DNA from: a virus
Taxonomy: Duplodnaviria; Caudoviricetes
DNA length: 64,000 nucleotides
Direction: 5' to 3' (one strand)
IMG/VR virus record: IMGVR_UViG_3300028886_000059
Location: 52,415-116,414 of that record
The translations under genes and the position numbers were made by a program. Below, piece after piece: positions 48,372 through 57,860 of this stretch. Below the pieces are notes generated by a model. The model saw nothing but the letters and a program-made list of their open reading frames with translations, did not search any database and was not told where the DNA came from. How positions within the stretch are numbered: the first letter of the stretch is position 1; the number at the start of each line of letters is the position of its first letter.

Positions 48372-48890
48372 TTAGAATGTTTGACCCCAGCCCTCATTAC
48401 GATGGTATTCAGCCAGCTTGCAGCCGAAACTATTGTAATAATAGACCACTTCATCATGTTCCTTGGTGTAGTCACCCTCTTGGGCTGTCTGCTGTATGTA
48501 AGCCATGAAATCATCCTCGCTGACATGCGCCCTGTTGTACTCGTCGAAATCCAGTATCTTCATATTGAATGCTTTTGGTAGTTTCCTTGTCTGTTTCCTA
48601 AACCCGTTGTGCCACTTGCAGGCATCTATGAAATCCGCTGTCGTGACCTTTTCGCCATCGCCCAGCAGGTGCATCAGCTGTGCAAAAACTTCTATCGGGC
48701 AACTGTGCGCCCGTCCATTTATCTGAGCCGTCACAACAAAGGCATTCTGTCTGTTGTCGTATTCGCAGACGGCATCACATTCAAGGTAGGCTTTGGCAAG
48801 TTCTGTCATCGCCCTGCACTCTTGCATGTACTTACCCAATGCAACCTGTGCGCGTTGTGCGACCTTCCGCAGCTTTGTTTCATCCTTCAT
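48372..48890 (-). CDS. Hypothetical protein
   Basis: Operon packing. Confidence 0.7.
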   Translation of the reverse strand: MKDETKLRKVAQRAQVALGKYMQECRAMTELAKAYLECDAVCEYDNRQNAFVVTAQINGRAHSCPIEVFAQLMHLLGDGEKVTTADFIDACKWHNGFRKQTRKLPKAFNMKILDFDEYNRAHVSEDDFMAYIQQTAQEGDYTKEHDEVVYYYNSFGCKLAEYHRNEGWGQTF

Positions 48891-48903
48891 AAATCATCTG
48901 TAT

Positions 48904-49434
48904 TTAGAAACACTTATATACCTTATTATATATATTATCTCCGTGTAGTACCTTGATGACGGCCAGCATAGCGTTCTGCATATCATATCGCTTGTTGCAT
49001 TCATCAATCGTCATGTGGTCTTTATCCAGTAGGCTGTCGAAATACTTTTTGAAGTCTTTCAGCCCGAAGTATTTGGCAACCTCTGAGCATACCTCAGTGT
49101 GCAAGTTATCGGCGGTCATATCCTGCCACTCCATAACCTTCTGAATGAATGTTTTCTTCTTTCTTGATTCGCTTACCTGCGGCATCTTACCACCCCAAAA
49201 AGAACTTTCTTTGCATGTATAGATAGGATTTCCGCCCGTATGCTGATAGCCATTGGATTCTGTTACCCAACCGTAAAAGCGAACATCCTCATTCACCTCC
49301 GACCATACAGTATTATAATAAGAACTGCTAACAGCTTCGATGGCCTCTGTCAGACTGTTATAGACGTTGTGAACACAATTCGTACCGATTGTTACTGCAA
49401 CCTTATCGAATTTGTTGATGACTAATTGTTTCAT
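48904..49434 (-). CDS. Hypothetical protein
   Basis: First gene after leader E. Confidence 0.75.
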   Translation of the reverse strand: MKQLVINKFDKVAVTIGTNCVHNVYNSLTEAIEAVSSSYYNTVWSEVNEDVRFYGWVTESNGYQHTGGNPIYTCKESSFWGGKMPQVSESRKKKTFIQKVMEWQDMTADNLHTEVCSEVAKYFGLKDFKKYFDSLLDKDHMTIDECNKRYDMQNAMLAVIKVLHGDNIYNKVYKCF

Positions 49435-49440
49435 ATCTCC

Positions 49441-49480
49441 TGTGCCTTTGTTTATGCTGTCGGCGGCAGTCTAAATGTTG
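49441..49480 (-). ncRNA. Conserved pseudoknot leader, copy E
   Basis: CAACATTTAGA CTG CC GCCGA CAG CATAAACAAA GGC. Confidence 0.6.
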
Positions 49481-49499
49481 TTGTTTCTTTTATCTGCTG

Positions 49500-49636
49500 C
49501 AAATTTACGAATAATATTTGAATTGACAATGAAAAATTTTGTTTTTAACACAAAATTAACCTTTGCTAAATAAAGTTATTAAATTAAAGATTTTCAGCAA
49601 AATGTTTTGATAATAAATTTATTTGATTTATCTTTG
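49500..49636. promoter_or_regulatory. Divergent promoters
   Basis: TAAATTTG (-) 49500-49507; TATCTTTG (+) 49629-49636. Confidence 0.7.
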
Positions 49637-49655
49637 CACCCACAAATCGAAAGCA

Positions 49656-49697
49656 AAACCATTTAGAAGCGGATGCGCCAACCGTTCAAACAGGCAC
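49656..49697 (+). ncRNA. Conserved pseudoknot leader, copy F
   Basis: AAAACCATTTAGAA GCGG ATGC GCCAA CCGT TCAAACA GGC. Confidence 0.6.
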
Positions 49698-49707
49698 ATA
49701 ATATAAT

Positions 49708-50058
49708 ATGTATAAGGTAGATGAACATAGGCACTATAAACAGATACTCTTAGAACTTTCAGATGACAAGCTGAAAAACGAAATTATGCGCCTTTACGGT
49801 GATAGATTCAGGTTTCTCCAGTCACAGGGAGCAAACACAGATACCTATATCAAGAAGGTACGCGATAACGAGTACATTATGAAGGTGTGGAACTGTAACT
49901 ACAGATGGGCAGACGGTGAGATATTCGGCGAGGTTGCACCCTGTAAGAACAACACAGACCATACCATCACATTCACGAAGCATGGCGACCAGTGGCGCGT
50001 CATGCACATTCAACGTAGGTATTACGGACAGTCAGACATCAATACTCAATTACAATAA
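49708..50058 (+). CDS. Hypothetical protein
   Basis: First gene after leader F. Confidence 0.75.
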   Translation: MYKVDEHRHYKQILLELSDDKLKNEIMRLYGDRFRFLQSQGANTDTYIKKVRDNEYIMKVWNCNYRWADGEIFGEVAPCKNNTDHTITFTKHGDQWRVMHIQRRYYGQSDINTQLQ

Positions 50059-50229
50059 TTATGGTACAGGCAATAAAGGAATACAAGGATGATAATGTGA
50101 TTGCACATGTCACTATTGATAACCGTCAGCCGTTTGCACTGAAATTCGACAACGAACAGGATATGCAGCGGCTTGGTGAGTGTCTAATCGACCTTGCGCG
50201 TGGGTGCAAGTCATCAAAAATCGGATAGT

Positions 50230-50487
50230 ATGAGTACAGACTGCGATTTACTGAAAGAACTGCGGAAGGAACGCAGGACTAACAAAGAAGGTGGCAGGAT
50301 TGACTATGCCATCAGGCAAATCACAGAACTCGGCTATAAGGTGTCAATGGAAGGTAACACGGCCATCAGCTTCATCTTTAAGGGTGAGCGCGTCATGGTG
50401 TACCCTTATACTGGATGGTTCACTGGCAAGACGGTGAAAGACGGTCGCGGAATACAGAACTTACTTAAACAGATAAAACAGAAATAG
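50230..50487 (+). CDS. Hypothetical phage protein
   Basis: YPYTGWFTGKTVKDGRG; start MSTDC. Confidence 0.7.
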   Translation: MSTDCDLLKELRKERRTNKEGGRIDYAIRQITELGYKVSMEGNTAISFIFKGERVMVYPYTGWFTGKTVKDGRGIQNLLKQIKQK

Positions 50488-50490
50488 GTA

Positions 50491-50970
50491 ATGGCAAAGT
50501 ACGGAGGCGAAGAATATAAGGATATTTACGGCATTCGTGAAATCAGATTCAGAGGTCGTGTGGTGAACATGTGCAAGGAACTGAGCACGGACTTATACAC
50601 CATTGCAGAAGCATGGGTATATGGCGACTTGATTCAGGATGGCGAGAAATACTACATCAAAGACAGGCATAGCATGAATCTTATACCTGTACCGAAGGAA
50701 ACCATCTGTGAATATACTGGAGTCAACGGTTGCCATAGCAAGCTGTACGAAAACGACATCCTGAAAAGGGGCAAAAACCTGTATGTTGTCACATGGAAAG
50801 AAGGTGCTTTCGGCCTTGAGAATATCAAGACAGGGCGTTTCAAACCGTTCTATCAGATTACGACCATAACATATTGGGAAGATAACTATGAACATATCGG
50901 AAATACTATCGACAATCCGAACTTAATAAACAAAGATATATGCGAACAATCCAATTCAGAGCAAAGGTAA
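50491..50970 (+). CDS. YopX-family protein
   Basis: IRFRG, EYTG, LYENDI, IGNTIDNP. Confidence 0.8.
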   Translation: MAKYGGEEYKDIYGIREIRFRGRVVNMCKELSTDLYTIAEAWVYGDLIQDGEKYYIKDRHSMNLIPVPKETICEYTGVNGCHSKLYENDILKRGKNLYVVTWKEGAFGLENIKTGRFKPFYQITTITYWEDNYEHIGNTIDNPNLINKDICEQSNSEQR

Positions 50971-51383
50971 AAAAGACCCGTGCGGAAAACGCATTTGGTA
51001 AGAAGCCCGACGATGGCACTTGGGTTACAGGCGACTTGCATTATTACAATACAGGCCACCCGCACATTCATTATGACCTGAACAACCACCGTATTTCGGT
51101 TGATGTTGATACTATCGGCCAGTACACGGGCATGTATGACTCCAAAGGAAAGCAGATTTGGGAGGGTGACATCATCAAGGCCACCAACATTGAAGCGAAC
51201 CCGAACCTTGGAAAAGAACTCTTGGCGTATGTCTGTTATGATGAAGAGATAGCCGCCTTTATCCTGAAACACACCGACGGCAAGCATGGCGGCACTTTGC
51301 ACAAGAACAATGACTGCGCCATGCTGGAAGTGGTCGGAAACATCTATGATAATCCTGAACTCTTAAATAAGGATAAGCGATGA
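50940..51383 (+). CDS. YopX-family protein
   Basis: IQFRAK, GQYTG.YD, IWEGDI, VGNIYDNPEL. Confidence 0.85.
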   Translation: MRTIQFRAKVKKTRAENAFGKKPDDGTWVTGDLHYYNTGHPHIHYDLNNHRISVDVDTIGQYTGMYDSKGKQIWEGDIIKATNIEANPNLGKELLAYVCYDEEIAAFILKHTDGKHGGTLHKNNDCAMLEVVGNIYDNPELLNKDKR

Positions 51384-51772
51384 ACAACGACGAGCGCAAA
51401 ATAGAGAATCTGAATAAGGTTTTCAAGCCTGAACAGGCTGCACAGATATACGTGGCCAACGTGCCGCTTTTGGAAGGCCATCAAGGATTTACATATTCGC
51501 AGATGCGCCAAACATTCACGGCTGGCGTGACATGGGCAAACGAACTGGAGAAACGAAGTTACAAATCCCGCTTCAATGAGGGATGGTGGAACTGCCTCGA
51601 TTCTTTCTACCAGCAGACATCCAATGAATCAGCAGCATACAAGGTTATGGATGAAGCTGGCATTGAAGAGCGTGAGGTGCTATGGGCTATCAAGATGGGC
51701 ATTGTCGGTGAAACGACAACGAACATGCTAAAGGAATATGCGAAAGACCGTTTTAATACAGATATGGTATGA
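51380..51772 (+). CDS. Hypothetical protein
   Basis: Stop/start overlap. Confidence 0.7.
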   Translation: MNNDERKIENLNKVFKPEQAAQIYVANVPLLEGHQGFTYSQMRQTFTAGVTWANELEKRSYKSRFNEGWWNCLDSFYQQTSNESAAYKVMDEAGIEEREVLWAIKMGIVGETTTNMLKEYAKDRFNTDMV

Positions 51773-52359
51773 CAGACATTGAAATCAGATTGGAACTGGC
51801 AAAGGCCGCGTTAATGGGTAACATACCGCTGACGCTGCAAGAAGCCTACGAATTTGTGTCGAATGGCGTAAATGCAGAAAGAGCCGACATCGAAGAGCCT
51901 GCAAGCGGTGTGCCAAATCATCCTTTGGGCGATACCTACGATGAGCAGGAGGCTGCGGAAGAAAAGATAGTTGATAACATCATCTTATATATTCGCAGGA
52001 TGGATAGCTATGATGCAAGCGAAGTTATACGGAACTTGCTCGACCCCCGACAGGTCAGCTTGAACGCCGCAACGAAGATTGCACGACTATTCATCACAGC
52101 ACATGCCAAAGAAACCATTCTGCAAGAATTGAAGGATGGGAACATCAAAGGAACTGTGCCAGTCATGCGCGAAGTTGAAATTCGTCATGGATATAAGGAG
52201 ATATATGAAATCAAAAAGCGCACACAGCCTGTCGGAAGCTATGAATTTGACGTGGCCTCCTTGGTGTACTGGCTGACACAGCACTATCAATGCAGGGTGA
52301 TAGACAGTAACCTGCAAAAGATTATTCGTGAATGTTGCAAAAAACATACTGAAAGATGA
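51769..52359 (+). CDS. Hypothetical protein
   Basis: Stop/start overlap. Confidence 0.7.
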   Translation: MTDIEIRLELAKAALMGNIPLTLQEAYEFVSNGVNAERADIEEPASGVPNHPLGDTYDEQEAAEEKIVDNIILYIRRMDSYDASEVIRNLLDPRQVSLNAATKIARLFITAHAKETILQELKDGNIKGTVPVMREVEIRHGYKEIYEIKKRTQPVGSYEFDVASLVYWLTQHYQCRVIDSNLQKIIRECCKKHTER

Positions 52360-52757
52360 GACAGATTAAATTCAGAGGTAAATCCATCGGAACAGGTGAA
52401 TGGCTTTTCGGCAACCTGTTTAAGTTCGGCATTCAGCCACCTTCTAACGTACCGTGCATCTGCCCTTGCGTACCAACATGGAAGGATGCCGTTGACATCT
52501 ACAATGTGCATGAGAATACCGTCGGCCAGTTTACAGGTGTCTGTGACATGGACGGCAAAGAAATCTATGAGGGTGATGTGCTGGTCATTGAAGGTATCAG
52601 GACAGACCGCTACAGCAAAGTATGGTGGAACGATGAGCGATTCACGTTCTATATCGGCTATTCACCTATTAGTGCATACCTCTTGAATGATGGCCGCTTG
52701 CAGGAGTTTCGCATTGCTGGCAACATCTACGACAACCCACAATTACAAATCTTATAA
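52356..52757 (+). CDS. YopX-family protein
   Basis: IKFRGK, GQFTG, IYEGD, GNIYDNP. Confidence 0.85.
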   Translation: MRQIKFRGKSIGTGEWLFGNLFKFGIQPPSNVPCICPCVPTWKDAVDIYNVHENTVGQFTGVCDMDGKEIYEGDVLVIEGIRTDRYSKVWWNDERFTFYIGYSPISAYLLNDGRLQEFRIAGNIYDNPQLQIL

Positions 52758-52767
52758 TATTAGAACT

Positions 52768-53253
52768 ATGGCAAAAGGAATCTTGAAATTACTGCTTGGA
52801 ATATTCATGCTTGTGCCGTCTATAAGCATGTATATCGACTTTCAGCAACAGTGTGGCGGCTACCTCAAACAGGCCGCTGATGCAAACACTGTCGAACTGG
52901 CACGGGAAAGGCTTAACCTCGCTGTTAATTACATCGAGGCGAAGGGTTACACGACTGGTTACACGTCTATATTCGTAAAGACGGAAGATGAAAACATCGG
53001 CTACTGGTATCAGAACATCAAGGCATGTCAAAATGAACTTGACAGCGCATTGAACGGTTCACAACTGGAGAAATCCAATGTACTGATGAAGGTACGCGAA
53101 TCATTAACGGATAATGGCGAGAAAGGCACGGAACTGACTATCCCCAGCGGCCTTTACGCATACCCGTACAATTTGCTTTTGGGAATCATTGAGTGGATTG
53201 CCATTATTCTTATTGCTACTGGTGGATTTAGAATTTTTGCCGAATGGGATTGA
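52768..53253 (+). CDS. Membrane protein (N- and C-terminal TM)
   Basis: Start MAKGILK; hydrophobic ends. Confidence 0.7.
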   Translation: MAKGILKLLLGIFMLVPSISMYIDFQQQCGGYLKQAADANTVELARERLNLAVNYIEAKGYTTGYTSIFVKTEDENIGYWYQNIKACQNELDSALNGSQLEKSNVLMKVRESLTDNGEKGTELTIPSGLYAYPYNLLLGIIEWIAIILIATGGFRIFAEWD

Positions 53254-53558
53254 TACAGACAAAGATAGTTGACGGCTTTGAACTGGAAACGGTGGAATAC
53301 AATCAAAGCCTGTCACCCGAAGAAAAACTCCGTCGAAGAAAGGAGGCCAAGGGTGGAACGTGGTACGATGACAACTACACGCCATATTGCATGTGCTGCA
53401 AAGAAATGCCGCGAATGATGAATAGGGATTACGGATTTGAATGTCCTAACTGCGGAAACATGATAGGTCACAACATGGTAAGGCTGGCAGAATCCCCTCT
53501 CAATAACAAATTTTACAGAGAAATGATTGCGAACAAACTTTTACCCGAAAAAAGATGA
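53244..53558 (+). CDS. Zn-ribbon protein
   Basis: CMCC...CPNC. Confidence 0.7.
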   Translation: MGLIQTKIVDGFELETVEYNQSLSPEEKLRRRKEAKGGTWYDDNYTPYCMCCKEMPRMMNRDYGFECPNCGNMIGHNMVRLAESPLNNKFYREMIANKLLPEKR

Positions 53559-53965
53559 GACAAATAAAGTTCAGGGGCAAGGAAACGAGCAAACCGAACA
53601 GATGGGTGACAGGTCATTATTATGAAGAAAATGGCGCATCATTCATTTGGATTAAGGGCGAAATGAAGAATTGGCCTATTGAGGTCGATGCTGAAACCGT
53701 CGGTCAGTTTACTGGCTGGAATCCCCGTAAGTGTGGCGATTTGTACGAAGGCGATATTATCGGCTTTGACGATTGGGCTTTTAGTGAGCGTGAACGTAAG
53801 CGGATGAAACACCATGTCGGCGTTATTGAATGGTCAGATGAATATGGTAAATATCAGATAAAATGCAAAGATGGATTCTATGAAGGAAACGATATTGCAG
53901 ACCCGCAACTGTTAGGCAACAAATACGACAATCCCGAATTACTAAAGGAGATAAACGATGACTGA
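53555..53965 (+). CDS. YopX-family protein
   Basis: IKFRGK, GQFTG, LYEGDI, GNKYDNPEL. Confidence 0.85.
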   Translation: MRQIKFRGKETSKPNRWVTGHYYEENGASFIWIKGEMKNWPIEVDAETVGQFTGWNPRKCGDLYEGDIIGFDDWAFSERERKRMKHHVGVIEWSDEYGKYQIKCKDGFYEGNDIADPQLLGNKYDNPELLKEINDD

Positions 53966-54605
53966 TAACTTTGACAACTACAGAAAGCTGATTCAGCTGA
54001 ACGGTGGCCTTCCCGATGACAACGAGCGAGGTACACTGGATAAATACTACGTCGTGGAACTGATGCGCCGTGGCAAGGATAATCCCGATATGCCAGCGGC
54101 CAACTACCACTTTAAGAACTACTACATCTATTCGTGGCGGGATTTGGACAAGTACCAAGAGGAAATCAAGAATATCTGTGAATTGCTTCGCTTGCGGGCG
54201 TACTGCTCTGTAAATTACAAGCTGATGTCACAGGTGGCACTCGACACGATGGCCGAATCTGCAAGGCGCATTGCAGCCCATGACTTCAAGAAATTCTATG
54301 CAATCTTTGAGTCGTGTTCGGGAAAGTTCGTTGACCACAATAACGGCATGTGGGTTATTGACGTTGACGGCTGGGTATCGGAAGATGACCTCTACGACTT
54401 GCGCACATACATCAACCGCATGGATTCACGCTATGATGAGAAAGTCATCTTTGTGATGCCGACGCGGAACGGCGTACACCTGATTTGCAGGCCGTTCAAT
54501 CTCAAGCAGTATAAGGATGGATTCAGGGCGTTTTTCGGAAATCGCTATGATGAAATCCCTGAAATCAAGAAGAATCACTTAACATTGTTATACGAAAACC
54601 TGTAG
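53958..54605 (+). CDS. AEP/prim-pol-like protein
   Basis: WVIDVD and TRNGVHL motifs. Confidence 0.65.
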   Translation: MTDNFDNYRKLIQLNGGLPDDNERGTLDKYYVVELMRRGKDNPDMPAANYHFKNYYIYSWRDLDKYQEEIKNICELLRLRAYCSVNYKLMSQVALDTMAESARRIAAHDFKKFYAIFESCSGKFVDHNNGMWVIDVDGWVSEDDLYDLRTYINRMDSRYDEKVIFVMPTRNGVHLICRPFNLKQYKDGFRAFFGNRYDEIPEIKKNHLTLLYENL

Positions 54606-54609
54606 GATT

Positions 54610-55029
54610 ATGAAAGCATGTGATTTGATGATTGGGGATTACCTCAAATGGAACGGAAAGCCGTACAGGGTTGCACAGGTTAGTACACCGACTATAGCAG
54701 GTGACTTATACGATGGCTGGATGCTTGAAAACGGCGAGGAAGATGCTGGCGATGCCATACCTATCAATGCTACTATTCTGAAAAAGAACGGATTCAGGGA
54801 AAAACATGTAGCCGACGAAATAGACAGACAATTCATCTATGAAGGTGATAATGAAATCACGATAAAGGTCTTTTTCAACTATATGCGTGGTGACGATGGC
54901 GTTAATATCATTGAGCGGATGGTGCTTATGGAAGGGGCATTGTTTGAGATGAGCCTTTACATCAACTATGTTCACGAACTGCAACATGCTTTGAAACTTT
55001 GTGGAATCAAAAAGGAAATCAAATTATGA
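54610..55029 (+). CDS. Hypothetical paralog family, copy 1
   Basis: LMIGDY...LKKNGF...YVHELQH. Confidence 0.75.
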   Translation: MKACDLMIGDYLKWNGKPYRVAQVSTPTIAGDLYDGWMLENGEEDAGDAIPINATILKKNGFREKHVADEIDRQFIYEGDNEITIKVFFNYMRGDDGVNIIERMVLMEGALFEMSLYINYVHELQHALKLCGIKKEIKL

Positions 55030-55451
55030 CTTACGAAGAATCACAGAAGAAAATCCAAGCCGTAATTGATGGCACTGGAGAAATCGACAAAGAAGCGTTG
55101 GAATTTGCTTGCAAGGTACTGCAAGACGCTATAAACAGGAGCAGAAGGAGTAACTTTGCGCTGGAATGTGCCGAATCGAATTATGTAACAGCCATTGCAG
55201 CTGAACAGAATTTGTTTGGCGAAGATTCTGATGCCTATTTCGGAAAGGTCAAGGCAGATGGATTCGACTTGATGGATGCTTTTCACGAAGGGGCTGATTG
55301 GCAATCAGAAAGGGGAATCTGCACTACTGGAAAGCTATCAACTTTCGGCGGCGCAGCCTGTTTCTTTGTACCGTCTGAGGTGACAAAACAGATTTACCAT
55401 GATGGTGTTGACCATTATAAGGATGTGAAATTACAGATTATAAAGGATTGA
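55026..55451 (+). CDS. Hypothetical protein
   Basis: Start MTYEES. Confidence 0.65.
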   Translation: MTYEESQKKIQAVIDGTGEIDKEALEFACKVLQDAINRSRRSNFALECAESNYVTAIAAEQNLFGEDSDAYFGKVKADGFDLMDAFHEGADWQSERGICTTGKLSTFGGAACFFVPSEVTKQIYHDGVDHYKDVKLQIIKD

Positions 55452-55453
55452 CA

Positions 55454-55753
55454 ATGGATAGGACGATATTCTATAAGACCAGCCGCGACTATAAACGTCT
55501 GAAAGCCTTATTGGAAGCAGGCTATGTGGTCGTTTGCTTTACTACCTATGATTGGGGTAGCGGGTTTGAAGTCACTGATGTCTGTAGGGCGCGATTCGAT
55601 GGTGAAAGATACCAAATATCAGCCCGTGGCATTGAATACTGCTGCTATTGGGCTGGAATGCACCGCTATAAATCCTTTGAGGATGCTTGCGAACAAAGCA
55701 AAATTGAATTTATTGAACCAACAATAACGAAAGAAGAAAATGAAAACAAGTGA
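55454..55753 (+). CDS. Hypothetical protein
   Basis: Operon packing. Confidence 0.65.
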   Translation: MDRTIFYKTSRDYKRLKALLEAGYVVVCFTTYDWGSGFEVTDVCRARFDGERYQISARGIEYCCYWAGMHRYKSFEDACEQSKIEFIEPTITKEENENK

Positions 55754-56171
55754 ATTGATGATTGGCGACTACATCCGCCAAAAGCATAGCAACCTTATAT
55801 TGAAGGTTTCCGCTATTCATCCTCCCTATGTGCAATGTGAAGGTGAAGGTGGGCAGTTCCATGAAGATACCTTAGAACCGATTCTGCTTACTCCTGAAAT
55901 AATGAAGAAAAGCGGATTCAAGGCCAATAAGGAGTGTGATTATGTTTACACAGATTCAGACCCCGATATTGTCATAGACATGTTTGAGCCTAACAATCCA
56001 AGATACAGGACAACCAAAGAGGAATACCTGAAAGAAATTGGTATAAGCCTACTGCAATCCAACTACCTTTTTGGGCCAATGGACGCTGCTATTATCATCA
56101 AGGCATTATATGTTCATGAGTTGCAGCATTTCATCAAGCCATGTGGAATCGAAAGAGAGATAAAGATATGA
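55740..56171 (+). CDS. Hypothetical paralog family, copy 2
   Basis: LMIGDY...YVHELQH. Confidence 0.75.
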   Translation: MKTSELMIGDYIRQKHSNLILKVSAIHPPYVQCEGEGGQFHEDTLEPILLTPEIMKKSGFKANKECDYVYTDSDPDIVIDMFEPNNPRYRTTKEEYLKEIGISLLQSNYLFGPMDAAIIIKALYVHELQHFIKPCGIEREIKI

Positions 56172-56533
56172 TAGAAAGAATAGAACAACATTTGCCGATT
56201 AGCTATGACACCATCAGGAAGCGTTATGGCAGGGCTTATCTTGATGCTTGCGTCAGAATCCTGTTGAAGATGAACGCCAGCACAAGGCAATGGTACAACT
56301 GCGGCCAAAAGCTGTTTGGAGGCAAATATGACCGTTTCTGTCTTTCATATACTGGAGGCAGAACGTCTAACCAATACACCGTCAATGTAGATGGAACTTG
56401 GTACTGCATCAGATTAGGCCAGTTTTTCGGTGATGAAGTAACCACATTGCATGTCGGTGCGGTTGAATCGCTGTCTAAATTCTATAATTTCCTGCTAAAA
56501 CACAAGAATGAAGATTTATCAATAAAGAAATAG
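56168..56533 (+). CDS. Hypothetical protein
   Basis: Start MIERIE. Confidence 0.6.
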   Translation: MIERIEQHLPISYDTIRKRYGRAYLDACVRILLKMNASTRQWYNCGQKLFGGKYDRFCLSYTGGRTSNQYTVNVDGTWYCIRLGQFFGDEVTTLHVGAVESLSKFYNFLLKHKNEDLSIKK

Positions 56534-56535
56534 GT

Positions 56536-57063
56536 ATGGAACAGGTACAGGAAAAATTAATCTGCACGTCGATTGAACAGAGCAGAAAACTGATAGATGC
56601 TGGCATAGACCCGCACACGGCTGATATGCACTATCACCATAGTAACACGCGGATAAAATCATTGGAATGGGAACTAAGAACATATAAGCCGCAATTTTTT
56701 GAAGGTGATGGTATCAAACTCATGGAAAGGTTCGCATCAGCTACCAACACTTTCAATGAAAGGATGAACTTCAAAAACCAGCCCAAAGAAACAGCGAAAT
56801 CGTACTTTGAACGGACGCATGGAAAGGATGTGCCTGCATGGTCATTCATGGGATTGGTAAAGCTACTGCCAAAGCACATAGAAAAGGACGGCGTAAGGTA
56901 TGACCTCTGCATTAAGTGGACGGATGATGACGATATGCTGTACTACGTCAACAAAGACCATAAGACACTGCGCTTCGGAAAGCGTGTAACACCCGATTCA
57001 AAAGACTTGCTGGATTCTGTTGTTATCATACTGATATGGCTAAAACAATTAAAATATATGTAA
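56536..57063 (+). CDS. Hypothetical phage protein
   Basis: CTSIEQSRKL...TADM...PAWS. Confidence 0.75.
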   Translation: MEQVQEKLICTSIEQSRKLIDAGIDPHTADMHYHHSNTRIKSLEWELRTYKPQFFEGDGIKLMERFASATNTFNERMNFKNQPKETAKSYFERTHGKDVPAWSFMGLVKLLPKHIEKDGVRYDLCIKWTDDDDMLYYVNKDHKTLRFGKRVTPDSKDLLDSVVIILIWLKQLKYM

Positions 57064-57067
57064 TGGT

Positions 57068-57298
57068 ATGACAAAGAAAGAGATTGAATTTCACGGCAAC
57101 GGCGAGGCCACTGCTGGGATTGAAAGGGCTGTCGAAAGACTGCTTGAAGATGTGGACGCGATGGGTAAGTGTGACCGTTCACACTGGAACTTGAGTATCG
57201 GTGCTGGCAGCGTCCTGATTTCGGAGGGCGAACAGATTGTGAATGACGCAAAAAGCCTGCTGTCACTGATTAAAGGATATGTCGGAAACAGGAAATAG
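57068..57298 (+). CDS. Hypothetical protein
   Basis: Operon packing. Confidence 0.6.
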   Translation: MTKKEIEFHGNGEATAGIERAVERLLEDVDAMGKCDRSHWNLSIGAGSVLISEGEQIVNDAKSLLSLIKGYVGNRK

Positions 57299-57304
57299 AC
57301 GGTT

Positions 57305-57712
57305 ATGGCAGACTACAGGCAGATTATCAAAACAGAGGTTATACGGCTCTGCGATGAGTACTATGACAGTGAAACGCTTGGATGTGCCGTAAGTTCCCTG
57401 AAAAACGACATTACCGACTTCATCGACTCTTTGCCCGATGCAGACAACGGCATAGTCATTCGCGGAAAGGCATACGGCGGGATTGAACACTGGCTATACA
57501 ACATCCATGCACAGTTACTGAATAAATGGTATAACGAAGCGATGAAGCATAAGGATGGCACTAAGCTGGCAGATATTCCCGAACTTGAACCGCTGGCTCA
57601 GGATGTCGAGAATTTCAGAGCCATGTGTAAGCGATTCCTTGGCTATGAATACAAAGGCACTTTAGGGTTTGAAGATTTTGTCGATATAAACGATGACACC
57701 AAAAAAGAATGA
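57305..57712 (+). CDS. Hypothetical protein
   Basis: Operon packing. Confidence 0.65.
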   Translation: MADYRQIIKTEVIRLCDEYYDSETLGCAVSSLKNDITDFIDSLPDADNGIVIRGKAYGGIEHWLYNIHAQLLNKWYNEAMKHKDGTKLADIPELEPLAQDVENFRAMCKRFLGYEYKGTLGFEDFVDINDDTKKE

Positions 57713-57860
57713 TTATGAAGATAAATTTTTATTCGTACCACAAATGGTATGATTTTGGATTCAATTTCATACCATGTATCTATTTCTTTCGTGCAGAAAA
57801 ACATCCGAAGCCTGACCGTGTGTTTGGTATTGGCTGGCTATGCTGGAGTGTTGAATTGGA

